A program made the position numbers and the translations under genes. The notes under the pieces are model-generated. The model had not been told where the DNA came from. It searched no databases and was given only the letters and a program-made list of their open reading frames with translations. From a virus: a stretch of DNA of 64,000 bases. How positions within the stretch are numbered: position 1 is the stretch's first letter; every line of letters begins with the position of its first letter. The stretch lies in the IMG/VR virus record IMGVR_UViG_3300045988_162372; one strand, 5' to 3'. This document shows, one piece after another, positions 44,177-52,205 of the stretch.

Positions 44177-45043
44177 ATGGCAATAAACCTTTTAAAAATT
44201 AACGCAGAAGCCGTACTATGTACGGGTGATTTGCATGGAAACCTGAATAGCATTGGATACCAGATTAAACAGTTTGGTATCCAAAATTCAGTTCTGATAT
44301 GTTGTGGGGATATTGGATTAGGCTTTAATAAGTTGGAATATTATAAACAATACTTGAATAAGTTGAAGAAGGTATTGACCAAATATAATGATTATGTCAT
44401 TCTTCTTAGGGGTAATCATGATGATAAGGCGTATTTCGACAATAAGCTCATTAATGATAAAAGGATTAAGGCGGTTTCTGATTATACAATAGTGCAGGTA
44501 TATCCTATGGATGATACAGAATGCCTTTCTCTTCCATACAATGTGTTATGTGTCGGTGGAGCTACCTCAATTGACAGAATGCACAGAATTAGTGTAAACA
44601 ACAAACTGTTGATGGAATATTCCAAACATCATAATATGGAAACTTTGGAGGAAGCAAAAAAGAATTGTCTGAAATGTTATTGGGAAGACGAAGCACCTGT
44701 ATATGATGAAGAGACACTGAATGAGATTAAGGAACAAGGAATTACCATTGATGCTGTAACAACACATACTTGTCCATCTTTCTGTCAACCATTGACTAAG
44801 GATGGCATTCGATATTGGATGCAGTTTGACACTAATCTTGAAAAAGATATTGACAATGAACGCAACGTGATGGATAAACTTTATGATAAGTTGATAGAGG
44901 ATAAACACCCATTATCTGTATGGTGTTATGGCCATTATCATTATCATCATAATGACAGTATTAATGGAATAAGATATTACCTCCTTGATATGGAGAGAAA
45001 TGGAAAGATGGATATAATAACGATATATAAAAGTGGAAAATAA
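44177..45043 (+). CDS. calcineurin-like metallophosphoesterase (lambda-PPase-like)
   Basis: CTGDLHGN, CCGDIGLGF, LRGNHDD, GHYHYHH. Confidence 0.8.
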   Translation: MAINLLKINAEAVLCTGDLHGNLNSIGYQIKQFGIQNSVLICCGDIGLGFNKLEYYKQYLNKLKKVLTKYNDYVILLRGNHDDKAYFDNKLINDKRIKAVSDYTIVQVYPMDDTECLSLPYNVLCVGGATSIDRMHRISVNNKLLMEYSKHHNMETLEEAKKNCLKCYWEDEAPVYDEETLNEIKEQGITIDAVTTHTCPSFCQPLTKDGIRYWMQFDTNLEKDIDNERNVMDKLYDKLIEDKHPLSVWCYGHYHYHHNDSINGIRYYLLDMERNGKMDIITIYKSGK

Positions 45044-45347
45044 GATAGATTATAAAGAACAAATATTTCAGTTAAAGCATTTGCATCAACAAACAGGACA
45101 AGTAATTGATAAAATGTCGTTGTTGGAAATAGATGCAGAACATATGTATGCAAGAAACATTCTTTATCTATTATTTTCAATAATGAGGAAGAATTTGAAT
45201 ACATTGGATGAGTTTTTGCAAATACTAAATGACATAGAACATGAACAAGAGGAAGGACATAAACTTATCAAACGAATATACTCTAAAACTTGGTTCGCAA
45301 ATTCTTCTGGGATAGAAATTTCAAATGATAACGAGACAAAAACTTAA
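45033..45347 (+). CDS. hypothetical protein (GTG start uncertain)
   Basis: 104-aa ORF; alternative ATG at 45114. Confidence 0.4.
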   Translation: MENKIDYKEQIFQLKHLHQQTGQVIDKMSLLEIDAEHMYARNILYLLFSIMRKNLNTLDEFLQILNDIEHEQEEGHKLIKRIYSKTWFANSSGIEISNDNETKT

Positions 45348-45353
45348 TATATA

Positions 45354-45887
45354 ATGAAAGGAATAATTGCAATAAAAAATATATCGGATGTAATCACAAA
45401 TTCTTCAAGCGAAGTGTTTATGTTACAAACTGATGGTGTCATTAAAGGTATTAAAAATAACATTGAAAAATATCACAATGAACATATGTGGTATCACAAC
45501 GATTTTTCTGAACTTCCTGATGATATTAAACAGCTATTAGGCGGTGAGGATATTTTAAATGAAGCGGAAAAAATGCTCAATGAATCTTCTGGCGAAGGTG
45601 GAGAAATTAACATTTATGATTGGGAGGACGCATATAACGGATATTGCAAAATATACAAAAAACATTCCAAGAGTTTCACACCCGAACAGTGGGCAAAAAA
45701 AATTGATATACCATTGGAAGAATTGAAGAAAATCATTGTGGTTGATGTGGATTGGGCAGCTAAAAGTACTATCTCCATGTTAAAAGAACGTTATAATGTT
45801 GTCTTTGAAGGAGATATTTATTACGAATCAAAATATAGTGATGCCTTTGCGTATGCTTCCTATGCTAACGGAGAAAACTATCTATAA
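45354..45887 (+). CDS. ITNSSSE-motif family protein, copy 1
   Basis: N-terminus MKGIIAIKNISDVITNSSSEVFML; C-terminal IIVVDVDW. Confidence 0.6.
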   Translation: MKGIIAIKNISDVITNSSSEVFMLQTDGVIKGIKNNIEKYHNEHMWYHNDFSELPDDIKQLLGGEDILNEAEKMLNESSGEGGEINIYDWEDAYNGYCKIYKKHSKSFTPEQWAKKIDIPLEELKKIIVVDVDWAAKSTISMLKERYNVVFEGDIYYESKYSDAFAYASYANGENYL

Positions 45888-45896
45888 CAAAAATTT

Positions 45897-46580
45897 TTGA
45901 ATATGAAACACTACGATTCTATTCCAAGTATCAAAGAGGACAAATCTTTGGTCGGAGAAAATATTTTTGCTTTTAATAAATTGGACGGACAAAACTTCTG
46001 TGCAAAATATTCTCCAAAAGTGAATGAATTTACAATGTTTGGCAGTAGAACACAAAATGTGGATGAAACTTCCGAACAATTCGGAGATGCTGTTAGATAT
46101 TTCAAAGCTAACTTGGAGACACCGTTGAAAGAAGTTATTAAAAATAACAAAGGGAAAAATCAAATCTTTCATGGTATTGAAGAGATAACATTTTTCTTTG
46201 AATGGTATGGTGAGCATAGTTTTGCTGGTTTTCATCAGCCTAATGAAACATTAAAACTTGCATTAATAGATGTTTTTTTGAAAAAGAAAGGTTATATTGA
46301 GCCTAAAATATTTGTTGATATATTCTATGATAATCCATCAATAGAAACACCATTATTGGTATATAGTGGAAAATTGACAAATGATTTCATAAAGGCAATT
46401 CAAGAAAATGACTATACAGAAGCAAATTGTAACTTAAATGAGGTAAAAGAAGGCGTTGTCTGCAAACGTTCAACACTTCTGAAAGGGCAAAGACTTCCAA
46501 TGGTAAAGATTAAAACACAATGGTGGCTTGATAAATTGCATAGCACATTCTCAGAAGAACAATGCAAGAAATTAGAATAA
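45897..46580 (+). CDS. Rnl2-like RNA ligase nucleotidyltransferase
   Basis: motif I FNKLDGQN, III FFFEWYGEHSFAG, IV LALIDVF, V EGVVCK, then VKIKT. Confidence 0.7.
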   Translation: MNMKHYDSIPSIKEDKSLVGENIFAFNKLDGQNFCAKYSPKVNEFTMFGSRTQNVDETSEQFGDAVRYFKANLETPLKEVIKNNKGKNQIFHGIEEITFFFEWYGEHSFAGFHQPNETLKLALIDVFLKKKGYIEPKIFVDIFYDNPSIETPLLVYSGKLTNDFIKAIQENDYTEANCNLNEVKEGVVCKRSTLLKGQRLPMVKIKTQWWLDKLHSTFSEEQCKKLE

Positions 46581-46622
46581 GATAATAAAAAGGATTTATT
46601 AACAATTAAAATTGAATATAAT

Positions 46623-48167
46623 ATGACAAAAGAAATTTTCACGCTGTCAGAAAATGCGAAACTGGAATATTCTTGTACAGTAGTTCAAATTGGGGAAGTA
46701 AAACCTGTTGAAGGTTCAGACTTTCTTGGTTCAACACTAGTAAATGGTAATCCTATAGTTGTGCGCAAAGACCAAATCAAGGAGGGTGATATAATGATAT
46801 ATGCCCCTATTGAAACTGTGCTTAACAAACAATTTCTCTCTGTAAACAACCTATTTGAAATTGGAGAAAAAGAACTGAATTCAAATTTTAAGGAAGTTCA
46901 AGCACTTATCAATGAGGGAAAGAAAGAAGATGCTAAGAAAAAGGTGGGCTTCTTTAATAAGCATGGTCGTGTGAAGCTTATCCGCTTGCGTGGGTGTCCG
47001 TCTATGGGTTTCCTTATTGAAAAGGAGTCACTTGTAAAGTGGAAACCTAAGTTGCAGGACGTTGATTTCTCTCAATACGTGGATAAGGACTTTGATACCA
47101 TTGATGGGGAACTCTTTGTCAAGGTATATGTGCCTTATGTACCACCTATAAGAACAAGGGATAAATCAGCAAAACGAGACAAGAAATTAAAAAGATTTTC
47201 AAGACTTATTGAAGGTGAATTTAAGTTTCATTACGATACACAACAACTTGCTCGTAACATTCATCTGATTAAGCCAGATGATAAAGTGTTAATAACCAAC
47301 AAATTACATGGCACGAGCTTCATTTGCGCTAACATATTGACAAAGAAACCTGTTCAGCTTTCCAACATTCAAAAGCTCTTTAACAAGATGTCTAATAAAA
47401 AGATTAAGAAGTTAAAAAAGCAGAATGCTACTCACTATGCAGATAAGAAAAGATTGGAAAATCAAATCAAGCAGTATGAAAAGATTAAGAGACCTACATA
47501 TACTGTCGGATATGGTAATATCTATTCTTCTCATACTGTCATTAAAAATCAGTATATTAATAGTGGTGTAAATAGTGGCTTCTATGGAGTGGATATTTGG
47601 GGAGTATACGATAAGATTATGAAACCTTATATTCCACAAGGTATGACGTTGTATGGCGAAATCTGCGGTTATCTTGACGCTACTGGCAAGATGATACAGA
47701 AGGGTTACGACTATGGCTGCAAAGTAGGCGAAAATTTTTTGATGCCGTATCGTATCACCACTACAAAAGAAGACCATACTAAGAAGGAATGGACTGTGAA
47801 AGAGGTATATGATTGGACTGTCAAACTCTTGAAAGAACATCCTGAATTAAAAAAGAATGTAAGACCTATTACAATTCTTTACAGTGGTACATTAAAGGAC
47901 TTGTATCCAGAAATTAGTGTTTCTGATCATTGGCATGAGAATGTTCTTGAAACTATGAGAAATGATAAGGAACATTTCGGAATGGAAGAGCTTGAACCTG
48001 AATGTATCAATAAAGTTCCGAGAGAAGGAATTGTCTTGAGAATTATGGAAGACCCTGTGGCTGAGGCATTTAAGTTGAAGAGTTTCCGCTTTCTTGACAG
48101 AGAGAGGTCTGAAATGGACAAGGGACAAGTTGATATGGAAATGGCTGATGCCTACACTGAACAATAA
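46623..48167 (+). CDS. RNA ligase with N-terminal OB-like domain (Rnl5-like architecture)
   Basis: N-terminal VVQIGEVKPVEGSDFLGSTLVNGNPIVV (OB/tRNA-binding-like); motif I TNKLHGTSF, III TLYGEICGY, V EGIVLRI..FKLKS. Confidence 0.7.
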   Translation: MTKEIFTLSENAKLEYSCTVVQIGEVKPVEGSDFLGSTLVNGNPIVVRKDQIKEGDIMIYAPIETVLNKQFLSVNNLFEIGEKELNSNFKEVQALINEGKKEDAKKKVGFFNKHGRVKLIRLRGCPSMGFLIEKESLVKWKPKLQDVDFSQYVDKDFDTIDGELFVKVYVPYVPPIRTRDKSAKRDKKLKRFSRLIEGEFKFHYDTQQLARNIHLIKPDDKVLITNKLHGTSFICANILTKKPVQLSNIQKLFNKMSNKKIKKLKKQNATHYADKKRLENQIKQYEKIKRPTYTVGYGNIYSSHTVIKNQYINSGVNSGFYGVDIWGVYDKIMKPYIPQGMTLYGEICGYLDATGKMIQKGYDYGCKVGENFLMPYRITTTKEDHTKKEWTVKEVYDWTVKLLKEHPELKKNVRPITILYSGTLKDLYPEISVSDHWHENVLETMRNDKEHFGMEELEPECINKVPREGIVLRIMEDPVAEAFKLKSFRFLDRERSEMDKGQVDMEMADAYTEQ

Positions 48168-48169
48168 AT

Positions 48170-48199
48170 AAATCCCCACAATACGAAAAGTGGGGATTT
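48170..48199 (+). terminator. terminator-like hairpin
   Basis: AAATCCCCAC / GTGGGGATTT 10-bp stem directly after the stop; short T tail. Confidence 0.55.
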
Positions 48200-48230
48200 C
48201 AAATATTAAACTCTAAAAATTGTAGAAATT

Positions 48231-48740
48231 ATGAAGAAAATTAACATTAAATCATTGACGGACGTGATTACAAACTCTTCGACAGAGATATTCACAATCT
48301 ATAATAAAGAGGCTGTTAATAAAATCAAACAGATGGTTAATTCTATACTTGCGCTGAGTGACGCTACTTCTAATCTGACATTCGATGACTTGTTTGAGGT
48401 TGATTATCGTCTTTACGATTATGGAACGGGAGAACTTATCATAAATCTTGTAGAAAAACTGAAAGAAAAAGGCTATATAGAACATGCAGAAGCTATCAAT
48501 GCTACCGTTACAACGGAAGAAGAATTGTGGAACTATTCCAAACAAAACAATATCTATGATGTTGTTATGGAAATTATCGAAAAAATTGATGATGATAATT
48601 ACGACGATTACCGTATAATAGATGGTATTCATATCAAAGCCAAAAATAATCCTAATGTGGATAAAGCAAAACTTGACAAGGCGGTTGATATGCTTAATAA
48701 CATCGACCACATCTTTGAACAATACGCTTCTTATTGCTAA
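48231..48740 (+). CDS. ITNSSSE-motif family protein, copy 2
   Basis: N-terminus MKKINIKSLTDVITNSSTEIFTI. Confidence 0.6.
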   Translation: MKKINIKSLTDVITNSSTEIFTIYNKEAVNKIKQMVNSILALSDATSNLTFDDLFEVDYRLYDYGTGELIINLVEKLKEKGYIEHAEAINATVTTEEELWNYSKQNNIYDVVMEIIEKIDDDNYDDYRIIDGIHIKAKNNPNVDKAKLDKAVDMLNNIDHIFEQYASYC

Positions 48741-48745
48741 ATGAC

Positions 48746-48770
48746 AAAATCACAGTGCATTGTGATTTTT
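48746..48770 (+). terminator. rho-independent terminator
   Basis: AAAATCACA / TGTGATTTT stem, loop GTGCAT, T tail; a degenerate copy of the same hairpin lies at 48807-48831. Confidence 0.6.
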
Positions 48771-48841
48771 GAAGAAATAAGATAATTTTGAAACATTGTT
48801 GAGTATAAAATTCACATTACAGTGTGATTTTGCATTAATTA

Positions 48842-48882
48842 ACGTCAAATATTTGCATATGTCAGATATTTGACGTATTTTT
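48842..48882 (+). terminator. hairpin with T tail (terminator or operator)
   Basis: ACGTCAAATAT / ATATTTGACGT 11-bp stem, 13-nt loop, then ATTTTT. Confidence 0.5.
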
Positions 48883-48901
48883 GTGTTCAAATAAAAGGAT
48901 T

Positions 48902-49162
48902 ATGATTAAGAAGAATAAAGGATTGAGAAATGCAATAAAAAAAGCGGAAGAGAAATATTGTGAAGCATCTTCTGCATTGCAGTTGATAAAACAATATGTA
49001 GTGTTTCAAGGGTTTGATGATGAAACGCCTGAAATATCTATTGCCTCTGGTGATGAAATAATTGCATTGTATAAAGGAAGAGAAATTGATAGAAACGGAA
49101 TAATAGACCTTATGGAAATACGAGGTTTTATCACACCCGAAGATTTTGGATTTTACAATTAA
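48902..49162 (+). CDS. hypothetical protein
   Basis: ATG 48902 (MIKKNKGLRN..) after the hairpins. Confidence 0.5.
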   Translation: MIKKNKGLRNAIKKAEEKYCEASSALQLIKQYVVFQGFDDETPEISIASGDEIIALYKGREIDRNGIIDLMEIRGFITPEDFGFYN

Positions 49163-49181
49163 CAAAAGAATATGAAAGATT

Positions 49182-49523
49182 ATGCTGAGATTATTCAATT
49201 ACAAAGAAACAAACTTAAATCATCTGGTACATGAACTTCAACGAGAAAAAGTCATTGAAGGATATGTATCTTGGGAACGATTAGATAGGTTTAATGATAA
49301 CCATGACTATCAAATCTTAGAATGGGATAAATTTAGAAAGGAAAGAAAGGTATCTTTTTGGTGGAAATGTACAACCATCTTCTTTTTCATCTATTATCTT
49401 TTGGTGTTGATATATTGTTTGTTAAAACTATTGTTCACTGGTAGTTTCTATATATCAACTCAAAGCACATTGGGAAAAATACAAATGAAATGGGCTGATA
49501 AAATTAAATTTGATATCGCATGA
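49182..49523 (+). CDS. membrane-anchored protein
   Basis: 113 aa with one C-terminal-half helix (TTIFFFIYYLLVLIYCLL). Confidence 0.5.
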   Translation: MLRLFNYKETNLNHLVHELQREKVIEGYVSWERLDRFNDNHDYQILEWDKFRKERKVSFWWKCTTIFFFIYYLLVLIYCLLKLLFTGSFYISTQSTLGKIQMKWADKIKFDIA

Positions 49524-49822
49524 AATACAGGCTACCAAGAAAATTAAAGAAAGCTGTCAAGAAATGTATTATCATTTCTGGCGTTGATACGAATTCTAAA
49601 CTGACCACAATTAGGGTAGTCGGTAATGTCAAATATGTCGGAAGACATACAAAATATACTAAAAAGGCAATTAGAATTCTTAGACAAAGAGATTATGACG
49701 CATTCCATAAACGATTAGTAAACATTTTAAAAAATTCATACGCTAAAAGTATAAATAAAGAAAATTTAAAATTTTCAAAGGTTTTGTATGATTGGGATAT
49801 TATTATCAGGGAGAAAAATTAA
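49520..49822 (+). CDS. hypothetical basic protein
   Basis: 100 aa, Lys/Arg-rich; ATGA overlap. Confidence 0.5.
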   Translation: MKYRLPRKLKKAVKKCIIISGVDTNSKLTTIRVVGNVKYVGRHTKYTKKAIRILRQRDYDAFHKRLVNILKNSYAKSINKENLKFSKVLYDWDIIIREKN

Positions 49823-50224
49823 ATGAAAAAGATTATTAAGAACGTATCAGATGTGATTACGAATTCTTCCAGTGAAGTTTTCGTGATGAATAAAGAAGAT
49901 GCTTGTGAAATTGCGCTCTTCGATAAAGACAATGAAACCTATGATTGTATTTCAATTCATAAGATGGATGAGAATTGGGTGAGAACACAAGGAAGTTGGG
50001 AAGCACAAATGATTTGCGACCTTCTTAAAATTAACAATCCATTCAATGAGAATTTCTATCCAGATGAAGATGATTGGTCTGAATTTGTAGATGAACATTT
50101 GGATGATATGAAAGAGAATGTATTTGGAAAATACTACATAGACATTGAAGACCATTTTGCTAATGCGGAAGAAATCCTTGAATTTTCAAGAAGCCATTGT
50201 GAATGGTCTGACTATAGACATTAA
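49823..50224 (+). CDS. ITNSSSE-motif family protein, copy 3
   Basis: MKKIIKNVSDVITNSSSEVFVM; C-terminal KYYIDIEDHFANAEEI. Confidence 0.6.
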   Translation: MKKIIKNVSDVITNSSSEVFVMNKEDACEIALFDKDNETYDCISIHKMDENWVRTQGSWEAQMICDLLKINNPFNENFYPDEDDWSEFVDEHLDDMKENVFGKYYIDIEDHFANAEEILEFSRSHCEWSDYRH

Positions 50225-50241
50225 AAACTAAAATAGAAAAT

Positions 50242-50652
50242 ATGAAACAATGTTTTATAATTAAATCAATCAGTGATATCATTACGAACTCGTCTTCCGA
50301 AGTTTTTGTTTTGAACAAGGAAGATGCAAGATATTTTGCAATACGTTCATTTGATGAAGATACTTGTGATTGTATTTCAGTTACTAAAATGGACTATGGT
50401 TGGATATACGAACTAGGACGTTTTGAGACAGAAATTTTCCAAACATTGCTTGGGATAGCTGACGAGTTATTGTCCAGAGATACTACACCAACAGAAGAAG
50501 AGTGGAATGCTTTTTGTTTGAAATATTCGGATGAAATAGAAGAAAAGGTACTTAACAAATACATTATTGAAATCGAAGATCATTACCTTAATGCAATTGA
50601 AGAAATTGATAAGGCACGTGATAAATGTTTATATTATGAGAACTTACACTAA
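50242..50652 (+). CDS. ITNSSSE-motif family protein, copy 4
   Basis: MKQCFIIKSISDIITNSSSEVFVL; C-terminal KYIIEIEDHYLNAIEEI. Confidence 0.6.
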   Translation: MKQCFIIKSISDIITNSSSEVFVLNKEDARYFAIRSFDEDTCDCISVTKMDYGWIYELGRFETEIFQTLLGIADELLSRDTTPTEEEWNAFCLKYSDEIEEKVLNKYIIEIEDHYLNAIEEIDKARDKCLYYENLH

Positions 50653-50666
50653 AAAAAAATATAATT

Positions 50667-51116
50667 ATGAAATATCATTTACTAAAAATCAAATCAATTA
50701 CAGATGTGATAACTAACTCATCTACAGAAGTATTTTTGTTGAAAAATACAAATGCATTCAAAGAGTTGAATGACTCATTGCGTTCGCTAAAAGCTGATTA
50801 TATCTTTAATACCGAAGAGGTATTAAAAGAATATCTTTCCGATTGTTATGAAGGTAATTCGTATAAATATGAATATTTATCAAACTTCTTGGATTCTAAT
50901 CCGTTGGCTAATTATGACTTTATCTATATGGTCAAAGATAATCTTAAGAAATCTTTTGATGAAACATGGGAATTTGTCAAATCGTGCTATCTGCCTTTGA
51001 TCGGCTATGCGGTCATTACTACTGAAGACGATTGCCTTTCTGATATGCAGTCGTTGGAATTGGATAAGATATGTGAGTTCAAATCAAAACACGGCGGATT
51101 TTTTGACCGCTACTAA
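50667..51116 (+). CDS. ITNSSSE-motif family protein, copy 5
   Basis: MKYHLLKIKSITDVITNSSTEVFLL; C-terminal GYAVITTEDD. Confidence 0.6.
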   Translation: MKYHLLKIKSITDVITNSSTEVFLLKNTNAFKELNDSLRSLKADYIFNTEEVLKEYLSDCYEGNSYKYEYLSNFLDSNPLANYDFIYMVKDNLKKSFDETWEFVKSCYLPLIGYAVITTEDDCLSDMQSLELDKICEFKSKHGGFFDRY

Positions 51117-51129
51117 AAATAAGGGAAAA

Positions 51130-51678
51130 ATGAGGATATATGTCGTTTTGAAATTCCCTTCTCTGCTGACAGATGATAACATCTTTCTGAGTGAAGAGGA
51201 CGCTTATAAATGCGCATCACAGTTGGGAAGGGAATACAAAGTTCACTCTTATCTCGTGAATGAAAGTTATGAAGCGAATGAGAAATTCCTTTGGCGAGTT
51301 TCCATATATAATGATGGAAATAATAAAGTAGATAAAGTGATTGGAAAACCAGAGAAAGAATTGGTGCGCTACTTCGATACTGATAATGAGAGCTATATGT
51401 TCCTAATTCCATCATATACCTATGATGAAGCTTTGAACAAAGCATTGGCTTATTATAAGGATATCGAAAGTAAACCCGAAAAATACAACTTCCTTAAAGA
51501 AAAATTAATATCCAAGAAAACGGATTTCTATCATAAAGGATTGCCATATAAATGCCCTACCTACGAACTTGGGACAAATAACATTCTTCTTAGAAAAGAC
51601 GAATATATTAACTACGCAGTCTTGACAAAAGAACAGTCAAACATTGTTTCTAAATTTAACATCATTTATCTCGGATAA
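51130..51678 (+). CDS. hypothetical protein
   Basis: ATG 51130 (MRIYVVLKF..) after stop of copy 5; 51007 extension overlaps it. Confidence 0.55.
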   Translation: MRIYVVLKFPSLLTDDNIFLSEEDAYKCASQLGREYKVHSYLVNESYEANEKFLWRVSIYNDGNNKVDKVIGKPEKELVRYFDTDNESYMFLIPSYTYDEALNKALAYYKDIESKPEKYNFLKEKLISKKTDFYHKGLPYKCPTYELGTNNILLRKDEYINYAVLTKEQSNIVSKFNIIYLG

Positions 51679-51702
51679 TTTTTATTTTTCAAATCTTTGT
51701 TA

Positions 51703-51710
51703 TATCTTTG
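51703..51710 (+). promoter_or_regulatory. -7 box TATCTTTG (no clear -33)
   Basis: intergenic, 30 nt upstream of ATG 51741. Confidence 0.45.
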
Positions 51711-51740
51711 CAATGTGAAACTTAAAAAACAGAGTATCAA

Positions 51741-52202
51741 ATGAAACAGGAAATCACAGAAAAACAGGAGGCTTACCTTTGTGTGTGCTTTCTATTAAAA
51801 AAACTTGGATACAAAGAGGGTTCAAGGGCTTCAGTTGTAATATTTGATGACGATTATATATATGATGAAGATCCTGACCATCCTGAAAGTCATAAAAAGG
51901 GTGAGATGCGTTTCTATGACCACTATTATAAAAACAGTGATGAGGATACCAATCGTTGTGAGATGCCCACATTGGAAGAGATTAATATGTGGTTGTTGAA
52001 ACAGAAGGGCTATTATGTAGGAATTAATATCAATGATGGTAAACACTTTGATTACACTGTTTACGAAAAACAGAAAGGATGTACTATCAGCCTATTTGAA
52101 TGGGTAGGAATTATTCACGGCATTAGTGAAAGCCTTAATCCAGAAGAATCATATATTAAAGGTTTTAGAAGTATATTGACAAAACTAAAAACATCGAAAT
52201 AA
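51741..52202 (+). CDS. hypothetical protein
   Basis: 153-aa ORF. Confidence 0.55.
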   Translation: MKQEITEKQEAYLCVCFLLKKLGYKEGSRASVVIFDDDYIYDEDPDHPESHKKGEMRFYDHYYKNSDEDTNRCEMPTLEEINMWLLKQKGYYVGININDGKHFDYTVYEKQKGCTISLFEWVGIIHGISESLNPEESYIKGFRSILTKLKTSK

Positions 52203-52205
52203 ATT

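Noticed and set aside
48252-48722. Long antisense ORFs (this 156-aa one; also 8122-8481, 37797-38243, 44567-44908, 47412-47840, 52647-53021 and many shorter ones)
   Set aside because: Each lies entirely inside a better-supported gene on the opposite strand that carries recognisable motifs or belongs to a paralog family. Their translations are low-complexity and rich in Ile, Phe and Lys, as expected for shadow frames in AT-rich DNA.
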